A stretch of 64,000 nucleotides of DNA from Octopus vulgaris (Eukaryota), in contig OX597822.1 in the NCBI GenBank assembly GCA_951406725.2, forward strand, positions 72,230,001 to 72,294,000, written 5' to 3'. This document shows, piece by piece, positions 14,640 to 28,051 of this stretch. The position numbers and the translations under genes were made by a program. The stretch's first letter is position 1, and the number at the start of each line of letters is the position of its first letter. Below the pieces are notes generated by a model. The model was not told where the DNA came from. It was given only the letters and a program-made list of their open reading frames with translations, and searched no databases.

Positions 14640-14860
14640 ATTATTAGCGTGCTGAAGCCGAATTGTTCGCGCATCGGAAACAGTGTTTACGGGAATTCGT
14701 TCTAGTTCTTTACTTAACGTACTGAGTTCAAATTCTGCCGTAATTGGCTTTTTATTTTAGGATCGATAAAATGCATTCCAGCCAAGCTCTGTAGTTGATG
14801 AACTCGACCATCTTTTCTCCCAAAATCTCGGGCCTTGTGCCTAGAGTAGAAAAGATTATT
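14640..14860 (+). mobile_element. Degenerate SINE family B
   Basis: CTGAGTTCAAATTCTGCCG core and GGGCCTTGTGCCTAGAGTAGAAAAG tail. Confidence 0.65.
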
Positions 14861-17648
14861 ATTGATGCTAACTATGACTGTTAGCTATTGTGTGGCAGTA
14901 TAATGAATGCCAGAAAAAATATCGAAGCGTTTTACTTTTTATATATCTGGGACAGAGCAGCTAATACTAGAGCAAACTGTAGTATTAGCTGTAGTGTTGG
15001 ATTTCAGAGAAAATCCTTCTGAAGTTTAGTAAAGATTCAATCACTAAAACTCTTTCTCTCTCTCTCTCTCTACGCACACACACGTTCTTTTCTTCGCAAT
15101 ACACCTTCTGCTGCTCCTACAACGGTCTCTGTTCAGCAGAACTTGATGATTACATATCCTTAGTTACATCCATTCGTACTGCACACTTATTTCCCACTCC
15201 TGTGTGCTTCCCCTCTTGATTCCATACTAAACACAATTTCAATATATTTTTATCGGTATACATCTACATACAGTTGAACTTCAACCCTATCGATCTTAAG
15301 TGTCTTGACGGCCTAAAAAACAAATATTGCTCGTACTCCTCTCACTATATATAATTATATACAAAAATAACGTAAGCTTGCCCAGATATCTAGCTTATGG
15401 ATTACGTGAAGCTTTTAATTGTGTTTATGTGTTTATCCATGACCTTTGTCATAATAGCTAGCGTACAGTTTTTATTGGCGCTGTTGTGAAGGTGCATAGC
15501 TTATTGGTTAGTGTCGGACTAACGATCGTAAAATTGTAAGATCGATACCTGGACTGGGCAATGGATTATATAGCTGAGTAAAGCTAAAAATGTGTACTGG
15601 CCTACTGCTGGTGCATAGCTCTCACCTTCCATCTGTCACAGCATGTTCCACTGAGTCAGAAGTATGAGGGTCGAGAGTGTGACTACGTCTGCTCACGCCT
15701 ACCCAGGCGCCTAAAACAATAAGTGAAACCACGGTACATACTGCCAGGTTATGTCAGAATGTGAGTGATACTGTAGTTGTAAGTATTTAGTTTCGACATA
15801 GACAGACAGAATTTAAATAGTACTGGGCGACGACGACCTAGCACTCCATTTCATTGGATCGGATAAAATATGTACCTGTAATTCACAAGTGCCGATGTAT
15901 TGTGTATAGTCACAAACTATGGAAATTTGGCTTTGAATATAGAGAAAACTGAATTATTTCAGTTCATAATATTTTCCATTCTCCCCATGAAACTATGCTT
16001 CTCTTCCTCACTCTAAACCTTTCCCGATCGCGTATTTATCTGTGTATATACATTATTTTCGTGTGTATCAGCAAAATTAATCAACTTGAGCAACAATGGA
16101 AAAACAAACCGTTGTATTTCTTTGGTCTTTATTTTTATTGACTTTAAATCTGATTAAAAATAAAGCAAATACATTAACAATGAATCAACAAAAATACATG
16201 TAAATAAGAGAAATATAAATATAAATACATACATACACATCTACACATGCAAACAAACACCCACACCCCAGAACTGGACTTAACTTCTCCTGGTATTAAT
16301 TATTAAAAATTAACGTAACAAAATACGATAAAAGAAAAACAAAGATACTTTTGTTTTAATTTCTCCCCTTTTTTTTTTGTTTGGGAAAGGAAAAAGCTAA
16401 AAAGGGGAGAAGCGAAAATACATGAAACAAACTATAATCCTTTGATAATCAAACTACTGACTCTCAGACAGAAATATAAACATTGAACTGCTAGAGAGAT
16501 GCTGAAAGGAAATAAACAAATTAGCTGGCGATGTTGGAAATATAATTGACCGAGAAAACTTTGTAAACACATTCGAGAAAGGAAAGGAAGGAGAGAAAAT
16601 GAGGTAGAGAGAACCAAAAAGAATAAAGAATTAAAACGTATAAAATATTATATATCGTTGTGTTTCCTTGCGGGACATCCTCCAGCTACTTCCTGCATAG
16701 TATCACCAGTATATGTTAGTGTCGAGCAAAAACTTTAAATTATATAGTTAAACAAACGAAATGAAAAACTAATATTTATTCTATATGGCAAGGCAATGGC
16801 GGTAAAGTGTCAGGAATATCATGAATTTACAACTAAGAATTAATATTGCGTTAATCCCGGGAAAAGGCACTGCGTCACTTTAATTTCGTTTACATGGTCA
16901 TAAAGCGTATAAGTGATGTAACTGTAGTGATGTAAATGTGTAGCTGTGATCGTCTTTACTTTCATGGCAACGCTTATAATATTTCTTTTATGAATAAATA
17001 AAACAACAACAAACAGTTCACGGAGATTTCCTCCATATTGCAATTAATTTCAGCTTTCAATTTAATGAAATGTTTCTCTTCATAATATATCTAATTAACA
17101 AGTAAAGTCCACTCAGTTTGCAAAAAAGAGTTGTATATGTAATTCAAAGGGCCGTTTTTGTCCCATTCCGTGAACTCTGAATTTTCTTAAGAACTACATT
17201 AAGGGTACGGGTGTCTATAGAGTACTATGCCTTTTGGACGTTAACTTCACGAGCAATTACTTCGATTGATCGAGTCATTTGTAATGCTCGTCGTCGTAAC
17301 CAACAGAGAACCAGGCCTAATTAATAAGTCACAAGTGAAGATTTCTTAAACGAATAAAATAGTGCTATACATGATTGACACCAACTAGATGTTAGAAAGA
17401 CGTCGTAATTGATGGAAACATTAAATACGTGAACTCTATGCATTTTCTTCTTTATAATTCCTTAATTTCAATTTTAAAATTCTAATCCCGCCTCTCAATG
17501 TGGGAGGACGCATACCTCCCTTGTATTAACGGTCATAGCCTGAGGAAACCTCAGGTAGCAACAATATTATACGTTTGTTGTATCTGTAGAGGTACTGTTG
17601 TATCTGTAAAGAAATAGATGTATCTGTAAAAGGACAGTTGTATCTGTA

Positions 17649-17866
17649 CGAGGGGATGCCGAAAAGTTCCTGGGTTTAAGGGTATCATGAAAGGCCTAGC
17701 TGGAGGCACAGCCTACTGATCTTTTTTTACAGGGCTTAGAAAAACTGAAGGACTGCTGCAATAAGTGTGTGAATCTGAGAGGGGGAATATGTTGAATAAA
17801 ATCATAATTGACTAATCCTCCTGTATTTTCTTTTACCCCAAATCAGGAACTTCTCAGTACCACTCG
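17649..17866 (+). mobile_element. Mariner-derived MITE with TA target duplication
   Basis: TA|CGAGGGGATGCCGAAAAGTTCCTGG ... CAGGAACTTCTCAGTACCACTCG|TA; retains a transposase C-terminal remnant (CCNKCVNLRG..YVE*). Confidence 0.8.
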
Positions 17867-18414
17867 TAGAAGTGTTCTTGTAACTATAAAAGTGTTGTGA
17901 TAACTAAGATCACTGGTATCAGGCACTAGGATCCCCACGGGTCAAGGTACCAACGCTAATCTATGTATACAATGACTTTTGGTGAATAAATAACACTATA
18001 AGTGCATTGTTTGTCCAGTAGTCTTTAATACTGTTAAAACTGCCCTCAGTTTCTCTATAAAGCGTTATATACTTCTTGGTCTATTTTACCAAGAAGCTGG
18101 ACAGTAGAAAACATTTTAAAAAATAAACTTTGGATTGTTGAGTAGTTTGTTAACATATCGTATAATGGTTATCTGATTGTTTGCAGTACTGTAATTGTTT
18201 GGCGTGCTTTTTTGTACCAAAATTGTGAGTTGGCTTGTTGTTCGAATATTGTCTTTGTGGTTTGCAGTATCAAAATCGAAATCAAGAGTTTTCCATGCAA
18301 ACCTAATGAATCTGTAGTTATGATAGTTTCTTTAGAAAATGTGAGGTACCATTGGACCTATGGATGGACACAGCAGCGAGATTTCTCATTTTTTATCTCT
18401 AGATCTATTTATCT

Positions 18415-18840
18415 TTTATCTTTTATTTGTTTCAGTCATTAGACTGCAGCCATGCTGGAGCACTGCCTTGAAAATGTTTAACAGAATGAATCGGCTCCCA
18501 GTACGTTGTTTCAAAGCCTGGTACTTTTTCTATCGGCTTCTTTTGCCTAAACAGTAATGTTACGGGGACCTAAGCCCACCAAAACCAGTTGTGAAGCAGT
18601 GTTAGGGGACAAACACAGACACAAATACACACACAGAGACACACACAAACACACATACGCACACACTTACACAAACACATATATACGACGGGCTTGTTTC
18701 ACTTTCCCTCTGCCATATTCACTCACAGGTTGGCCTGAGGTTATAGTAGGATACATCTGCCGAAGGTGCCACCAGTGGGACTAGAACCGGAACTATGTGG
18801 CTGGAAAGTAAGTTTCTTACAAACAATCACGCCTGAGTCT
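18415..18840 (-). mobile_element. Diverged SINE family A
   Basis: TGTTTCAGTCATTAGACTGCAGCCATGCTGGAGCAC tail through the head. Confidence 0.7.
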
Positions 18841-18864
18841 ATGGCGAATACTTTAAATCTTAAT

Positions 18865-19240
18865 TTTTATTGGTTAGGTATGGAAGAAGCGGTTGAGCCC
18901 ATTGCCTTCGCATGCCTTCCGAGTCAGGCGAGATCAACGAAATTAATGTATCTCTTGAATAAGTACAAGTAGACGGATGCTGGAAAATACGAACAGAAGG
19001 GAATTCCAAAGGACTGACGTTCTCGAAAAGGATAATTGAGTGAAGTGGTTTGAGTGGCGTTTAAGCGTGAAGTGTATTGTAGAGAGCTTGGTTGACGGCA
19101 GTACGAGATCTTCCAGCCCTGTTGGATCCAACTTTAACAGTAGTTATAGGTGAAGAGTGAGGAGACAGCATGTCTTAGGTCAGAAGTCGAACTGTGTCGG
19201 TGAACCTCTCCAATCAATCAGGTGACCTTTATCTGTTGGA
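18865..19240 (-). mobile_element. Decayed 3' fragment of a CR1/L2-type LINE ORF2
   Basis: Translation ...NHFTQLSFSRTSVLWNSL resembles the conserved 'F..RT..LWNSLP' LINE C-terminus. Confidence 0.5.
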
Positions 19241-20409
19241 TACAATCTAGGATAACTTATCGATTGATAATCAGTTTATCAGTTTTGAAGGTTTTAAATT
19301 TATCAGTTTATAAATATGCAAATGAACTTGTTTATAAAATCTGTCAAGTTACACGCAAACTGGCGGACAGTGAATAAATAACATTATAATCTGATCGATT
19401 ATCTCCGCGTATGAAATTTAAAGACATCTAAATAAGAATAAAATTATTCTTTATGTTGGGGTTCCATTTTGGTTGGAACTTTTCGCATAGATCTCCCATT
19501 TAATTCTACCACTTGGTGAATAATAATGTATAATGGCAGATTGATGTTCGACCGTTAATTCTTAGTCACGTGCCTGGTCACCTAGGCTGATCCTAAAAGA
19601 AGATTAAAATACTAACTCAATTTTCTGAAGCGTGCCAACATTTTGTATGTGATGGTGGACGGTCTTAAGTTAGCCTGGCCATTCTTTGTTTCTCGTCTCA
19701 TCAATCACACTGACCACTCATCTCTCTTCTTAGCAGTGTTTACTATCTCTTTTTAACTCGACAATAAGCACTATTGAAAAGCCTTAAAAGCAAACAATCT
19801 ATTATTATCAACAATGTTGTATTTAAACTGTCTCACATTTGAAAAGAAATTTGATGTATTTCAAGCCTCGTAAATCGGTCGTTGTAAAATTATTGTGTTG
19901 CTATAGCAACCTACTAGAAAAAAAAAATTTGTGTTTCTAAGACTGGGCTACACGACACATTGTCTTCTGGAAGAATTTTTTTTTCTCTTTATTTAGCTTA
20001 TAGATTTTTGTCTGAATGAACGGCACAGCCTTTTGTGTAACTTTGGCAATACCATTTACAGATTTACAGAGTCGCCCTTTTTAAAGAAACTAATTTGTTT
20101 TTGGTACCATTTAGTGCATAGTTGTCTACAAAGAATACTGAGAAGCTTGTTAGTTGAACAACGGATGATCAATTGTTTTTAACTTATGATTATTTTATTT
20201 TCCATCAACCCAGAATCTGCTGCTCAGTGTTCTTTTATAAAGCTAAATAACTGATCACAAAACCTGAAAATACTGAAGTAATTACAATATACAGGTAGAA
20301 CATAAAATTTCCAGAAATTTTAGTTTCAACGCTTATGCTTATAACTGATTTTTCCCAACCAGGGGAGTTTACCTTGGTCAATACATTCCAAGTTAAACTA
20401 ATATTAATT

Positions 20410-21290
20410 TCTTTATTGCCCATAGGGGGCTAAACATAGAGGGAACAAACAAGGACAGACAAAGGGATTAATTCGATTACGTCGACCCCAGTGCGTAGCT
20501 GATACTTATTTAATCGACCCCTAAAGGATGAAAGGTAAAGTCGATCTCGGCGGAATTTGAACTCAGAGCGTAACGGTAGGTGAAATACCCATTTCTTTAC
20601 TACCCACAAGGGGATAAACACAGAGAGGAAAAACAAGGACAGGCAAACGGATTAAGTGCGTAACTGGTACTTAATTTATTGACCCCGAAAGGATGAAACG
20701 TAAAGTCGACCTCGGCGGAATTTGAACTCAGAGCGTAACGGCAGACGAAATACAGCTAAGCATTTTGTCGAGCATGCTAACGTTTCTGCCAGCCCGCCAC
20801 CTTAAAATAGAATGCAAACATTTTTTTCTGCTCTAGGCACAAGGCTCGAAACTTTGGGGAAGGGAGCCAGTCGATTTTTCGTCTGTCATTACGTTCTGTC
20901 TTTACGTTCTGACTTCAAATTCCGCCGAGATCGACTTTGCCTTTAATCCCTTCTGGATCGACAAATTTTGTACTAGTTGCGTACTGGGGTCAATGTAATC
21001 GACTGGCCCCTTCCCCAAAAATTTCGGGCCTTGTGCCTAGAGTAGAAAAGAATATTTAAGCCATCCAAGGCGGCGAGCTGGCAGAAACGTTAGCACGCCG
21101 AGCGAAATGCTTAGCAATATTTCGTTTGTCATTACGTTCTGATTTCAAATTCCGCCGAGGTCGACTTTGCCTTTCATCCTTTCTGGGTCGATAAATTAAG
21201 TACCATTTGCGTATTGGGGTCAATTTAATCGACTGCCCCCCACCCCCAAAATTTTGGGCCTTGAGCCTAGTGTAGAAAAGAATATTTAAT
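20410..21290. mobile_element. Cluster of SINE family B copies in both orientations
   Basis: Minus copies at 20410-20802 and plus copies at 20875-21055 and 21069-21290. Confidence 0.85.
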
Positions 21291-23924
21291 CCATACATAT
21301 TAAATACATATCTTAGTATACATATAGCTTGCCGTCGCACGTAACATCAGCTCTATATAATTTAGGAATATCTCATTATATTGCTGTATTGATTCAATGT
21401 TCTCTGTCAGCATAGGCAGGAAGGGTTTAGGTTCCAGTAGTTTCGTTTGATTTAGGTATATGATGTTGAGATTAGGTTTTCACTAGTATTCTTATGATTA
21501 TTAATAAAATTAATATGCAAGAAGACCAGCCACCCCAGCCCAACACGTACAATTGTACAAGTGAAGGAAATGGAGAAATTACTTGAGTGTTTATTCATGT
21601 ATAAGCGGTTATTTTCAGGTGTTACTTTATCGCAGTATTTTCATAAATAAAAAGAATAACACAAAGGTCAAGAAATATTTCAAAGAGGAAAAAAAAAAGC
21701 CCCCAAAAACAAACAAACAACTTTTAGCGAAGACAATAACAACAACGACGTGAATATTTTTTTTTATATATTTTCCTCATACTATTTCCTAATAATAACA
21801 AGGAAACAACGAAAGACAACCAATAGTTATAAAAACAAGAGCAATAAAAGTAAAAATATCTTCTCCGTTTCTTTATTCTTTCTTCCAACAATGTTTTCAG
21901 ATCGATAGAGCGACAAAATCTAAAATTATAATGAAATATGTCCAATGTATATATCGGCTTCTTAAGAAGCAGATGCGACCAAATCAATAGAGAAAGTAGA
22001 AATAATCTCAGTTTAGGTGCTCGAAATTTACTTCCAAGTCGTTTACGTTTTGTAAGTAGTAAAGAATATGTGTGTTGGAGAGAAGCTTCTTAAGAAGGTT
22101 TTTCTTAAATCTACATCTGACCATTAGTAACAATGGAAGCTATAGTCTTTCCAGTGTTCTGCTTCAGGACAAATGTTGCAATTTTTCTCTTATATTCAAA
22201 GTAACATCAACAAGCAACCATCAAAGGGCGCTTTGAAGTGCATTATGGATTTTTCGTTTTAGCCTTGTAGACAGTAGATTTGTATATTTACTTCATAAAA
22301 ATTAATTCAACTTTCTTTAGCACTTAAGAACTTTGATGGAAAACCATAGTTATCTGTCTTGTTCAAAACAATTTCGAATAGGAAGATAAAGTCAAGAATG
22401 TAATAAGAGCTGACATCAGCTAGGTGAAAGATTCCGCTCATTAGAACCTTTTCTTATGAGGTTAAAAGATTTTGCTCTTATGCTTTAACAATTTTCTTCA
22501 AGCAAGTAATAATAAAAATAAAAAAAAAAACTGACCACAAAATACTTTCGATTTTGAAGAATAACTCACAAATGTTTAGACGTGTTGCGCTATGCCTGTT
22601 TGATAAATGATGATGTTTGGGCTATACACAAAATCTTTTTTAAGGGGGGTACAGTTATTATGGATTACATTGATCGCAGCATATTACATCATTTTATTTA
22701 ATCGATCATAGAGAGCTGGAAGGTATATTCGGCAATATTCATAAATGTTTTCCAAACATTGTTTAAGTATCTAAAACTTCCTTGATTTGTCAGCTGACTT
22801 ATATTAACACAGTTGCAGAACTGTCCAACTTCAAATGTTTACAAATGAAATTCATAGTCTGATGCTATGTTAAATTACTGTTTGTCTTTATAGCTGAGTG
22901 ATGTTGCGTAAATAAGACTGTTACCGTTGAAAATTCTTGAATATCCAATTTTCTCAAGACGAAATTGCGAAAGTAAGAAAATACATACGAAAAAACTAAA
23001 CAACAAAAACAAAAAATGATATCCAAGAATAGACGTAGCCAAGCATGCAATAAGAAACTAAAGAATTCCACAGATGATGATAGTATGAGGATAGCGATGA
23101 TAATAATGATGATGATAACAACAACAACAATAATGATAATAATATTCAACCAAGACAAAAATTTATGGCAATAGACAAATGTACCAACAGAGATTATAGG
23201 AAACCCAAAGAATTAAATCAGATACTCCCACAAAAATACACGGATATAAATGGGCTATTTGGAACTTATTCATAATCTTCGAAAAGCCTACTCAGATTGA
23301 CATTGTCAATCACTCTCGAATCTATGTCACTCGTACTCGTCACTAAAGCTTTTGAGCATCTGGCAACATTTCAGATGCCAAACATTCGGCCTCGATCTGT
23401 GATTGATCAGGGATTGCAGCTCGATCAATAAGACTATCTCAGGCCTTCATCGTTCTAATCTTACACTTACTTTTTATCAAATAGGAAGCGGGAACATTTC
23501 ACTCTTTCTATTATATAGAAGGCTTTAGTCGAGCTGATAAGGTGCATAGAGCACTTAACATCAGTCCTGATAGGCGTCAAATTGTCTAACCGCTGCCTTT
23601 GCTTATCCGAAAAGTGAAGCTAGCCAAAGAGATGAGCAGCAAAAAGCTGTGTTCCTCGAACGGTGACTAGTTCGGTTCACTACCGTTTGTACAAAAAACT
23701 CTGCAGGTATGTATTCTGCTACCTGTGATTGAGGATCAGTAGCCATCGCATTCCGAATTTCACTGGATTTGGTAATGATTAAATCACCATTAAATCACCA
23801 TCAAACAGATTTAATCTTTCTAACAATACAAAAACAAACGTGTAAGTCAGTTCGAGTGTAAAAGCGGAATATTTTCTATGAAATTTATACAAAAATAGAG
23901 CATGCAACTCTCGAAATCTTTCAA

Positions 23925-24040
23925 AAGATTTTAGTCGATCGAGGCTGTAGTTGAAGACATTTGTCCAAGGTGCCACCCAGTAGACTAAATACAGATCTAT
24001 ATAGTTGGGAAGCAAGCTTCTTACCACACAGCCACGCCTG
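23925..24040 (-). mobile_element. SINE family A head fragment
   Basis: GAGGCTGTAGTTGAAGACATTTGTCCAAGGTGC...CTTACCACACAGCCACGCC. Confidence 0.65.
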
Positions 24041-24050
24041 AACACACGTA

Positions 24051-24128
<78 letters not shown>

Positions 24129-24689
24129 AGTGGCTGTGTGGGTTGTCACTCATGCTGTAAACTCATCCGATGGTTAATTATGTGTTCGCTTCACTGTTGG
24201 AAGTATTATCTGGAGTGTATATAAGCAATAATTATAACGATAGAAAATATGGAAACTAGTACATCCTCAAAAGTTATTTCCTTTTATTTTAAAAGTTCAT
24301 GCAGCATATTTTTATGATGATGACGATCTACACGCGTTTCCACAGCACAGAGTATGGGCGGTTGCACATGTAACCGGGTATAATTTTCTGTGCTGTTTTT
24401 GTTCATGGTCTTTCAACCAGCTAGGCGCGAAGAGAACTGAATACAGTGAGTTGTTTGTTGGTTAGGGTTCAGGGGGAAGTGAGGGGTGGTTGTTTTGAAT
24501 CATTTGTTTGTAAGTTTGTGTACTTGACCTCGGTTTTTTCACCAATTGTTGGCCGAAGTCAGGATTCTATCGAATTAGATCGAGGTTGATATTACTGTTT
24601 CGGCAGGCATTGTTGTGCATTGCAGCAGATTGGTACTTAATAACCTTACTTTCAAGTATACCTCTTGTAATGTATTTTATTATAGTGTT

Positions 24690-25050
24690 AATCATGTTCT
24701 CTAGACACGAATGCGTCTCTTGAGGCCTGTTGGTGCCTTGCAAACGTTTTGGCAAATGGAACAAGTTGAAGACTTTGCTTGCGTGCTTGTGGGTCATTCA
24801 CTATGTGTTTTCTTGAGTGGACGGCAAGACCCGCTTTGCTTCGTGCCACAAAACCACAATGACAGGTAAGGTTTCCATTTAGAGGAGCAACGTTTTGACA
24901 GTGTGCCTTTATGCTTGCATGAAGTTGGTCCCGATGCTGGTGTCTACTTTACTCAAATCTTTCAACTGAAGAGAAGCATGACAGGCGCCAGGTCCTGCAC
25001 CCGTTTACATATATTATATGGTACCACGATACTGTGTCGACAGGCTGCTG
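24690..25050 (-). mobile_element. Probable decayed RTE-type LINE 3' end
   Basis: Minus translation TCSICQNVCKAPTGLKRRIR resembles the C-terminal C2H2-like finger of RTE ORFs. Confidence 0.35.
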
Positions 25051-25399
25051 ATATTTTAAAAAAATGTTAAGCATGTTTGTAAATTAGAAGCTCCAGTTCT
25101 TTGTAGCTACCGAAATTGGTCAGAACATAGAAATATTGCCTAATTGTTTCTTAAGTGATATAGATACTTCTGATGAAAACAAAGCAACCATGGCCCAGCA
25201 TGAGTGCAGTTCAGAAAAAATGCTATGCTGCATCGCTTTGTCTTTGAAGAGTATAAGTGGCCTTCTAAATGACCTTCAGAATTCTTATATCACTCATACG
25301 TGAGAGATGACGTGACAATCGCAGTGTCTGCTGTCGAAGTGGCAGACTTGCATGCTACGAGTGCAACTGAAGATGCTCTCCACTGGTGTTACTGTGTTA

Positions 25400-25925
25400 T
25401 ATACATACATACATGGGATAGAAAAGAGAAACCGTGTACAGCTGTGGAAATCAGCTGCTCAGCGGATGCTGATATGAAGCTGAAGATCAGTGAAAAAGAG
25501 AATACCTAGGCTGAACTTTTGAGAAATCTGCAGTTTCTCTATCCAGATTAAAAGTTCAGGTTTATACCAATACTTATTGAGGCACTAGGATATGTAACAC
25601 ATTGCCTAAATACCAATCTTGAGAATTGAGCTTCGCAAAATGGAGAAAGCTGATTCGAAGACTACAGATCCAGTCCATCATTGGAACTATAAAAATCTGA
25701 AAAACCTTCCAGTTGTTTATCATTTAAATATATATGAGCATGTCTAGATATGCAACTATATACATAAGAATACATACATAAAACAAAACATACATATACA
25801 TACCTACATACATACAAAAATACCCTGTTGGTGATGTTAAAATTCCAATGAAGGAGCTTTGGATCTAGGTTAGAAACCGGCTCTTTCTCTATTGGCAAGA
25901 AATCTTGGAATAAAACTGAATAATA
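25400..25925 (+). mobile_element. 3' remnant of an RLE-type (R4/NeSL-like) LINE with 3'UTR
   Basis: WDRKEKPCTAVEISCSAD..KISEKENT and FIPILIEALG resemble the PD-(D/E)xK endonuclease C-terminus. Confidence 0.5.
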
Positions 25926-26244
25926 TCATACATACATAATTATATCGAATAAGCAACGTTAAAAATAACAATAACAAACAAGTGTACGTGCACATGGAAT
26001 GTATTAGTTTGACGCTTAGCAAAAAGCGAGGGTTTTTGATGTTTTAGACATAGATTTTAGTCTCGGAAAGGGAAAAGGCAAAGGTCAAAAGAAGCGGGGA
26101 AAATCACCAACAGCATGTGTGTAGTTACATTACTGAAGTGACCAGAAGGGGAAAGAGATAGAGAAGTGGTTTATTTTGGGACAGGAGAGTGCGAAGATGA
26201 TGTCCGTGCGCGCGTGTGTGAGTGTGTGGTCGTGTTTACGTGAG

Positions 26245-26303
<59 letters not shown>

Positions 26304-26443
26304 ATATATATGTATATATATGTATATATATATACATATATATATATACATACATATATACATATATACATATATATATATATTTACATACATTTATATA
26401 TACATACACATATATATATATACATACATATATATACACATAC

Positions 26444-26504
<61 letters not shown>

Positions 26505-26535
26505 CATACATACATACACATACATAAATACATAC

Positions 26536-26585
<50 letters not shown>

Positions 26586-27052
26586 GTATACATATATATA
26601 TATATTTATATATAGAGGGCATTATTATACATACATGCCACACGCTAAGAGGGACAAAATTAGTCATTTCTACCAAAAATTTTACTAATCCCACCGAATG
26701 CAATTTTTCAAAGTAAGACATTTAAAAATATGGACTTGTATCACCTGTGATTTCATACCTCTGTATTCATCAGCAAGTCTGGATGTATCATAAATAAACG
26801 AACCCACCTCGTCCAAGCCGAGCAGCTAACTGACCGACTTCAACGAAGCACATGGGTTGGTTTACATATATTACATCCGGTAAATGGCAGACTTTTACGA
26901 ATTGCATTTCGGGAAAGGAAAAGTTTTTTCGGAATAAAAATTTAGCAATTAAGGACAACTTCTTAATAAGGAAAACTTAACAAGAAATTATCGGGTAGAT
27001 AGCGTGAAAAACCTCATAAAAGAAAAAAATTTCGAAAATAATTATTTTCGAA

Positions 27053-27173
<121 letters not shown>

Positions 27174-27260
27174 CATACATATATATATATATATACATAC
27201 ATATATATATATGTATATATATATATATACATATATATATGTATATATACACACACACAC

Positions 27261-27291
<31 letters not shown>

Positions 27292-27326
27292 CATATACAA
27301 ATATATACATATACATATATATATAT

Positions 27327-27428
<102 letters not shown>

Positions 27429-27689
27429 GCTTGTTTTTCTCTTTACTTTAACTGCTGTCGAAATAATTACGCCATTAAATTACACACGTAATTCCATTAA
27501 TTAATCTTTGAGAAAAGAGTATTTATTGAACGAATGTTATTGAAGAAATGTTTCATAAATAAAATAGGAATAAACAAAATCTGAAGAATTTTGATCTGTT
27601 TTGATGGAGAAATCTTGAGATAGAAATATGGCATTACTTATTTTCCTTAGTCCTTCTGCTAACTTCTCATCCCCATTTTCATTCTGTCC

Positions 27690-27779
<90 letters not shown>

Positions 27780-28002
27780 TTACCTGCCTACATATCTCCC
27801 TCTCTCCCTCACTACCTACCCACCTACTTACCTAACTAGCTAACTACCTACCTACCTGCTCATCTGTCTGTCTATCCATCCATCCGTCCGTCGTTTGTCT
27901 GTTTGTCTGTCGCTGTCTTTCTGTCTGTTTGATAAATGCTTTACTTTTATGTATTGAGTTTTCTTTATCGCGTTTTTTCAACCAAAGATCTATGTATGTA
28001 TG

Positions 28003-28051
<49 letters not shown>

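Noticed and set aside
25960-26240. Possible further Penelope pLTR/hammerhead remnant on the minus strand
   Set aside because: Core nucleotides are too eroded to support a call
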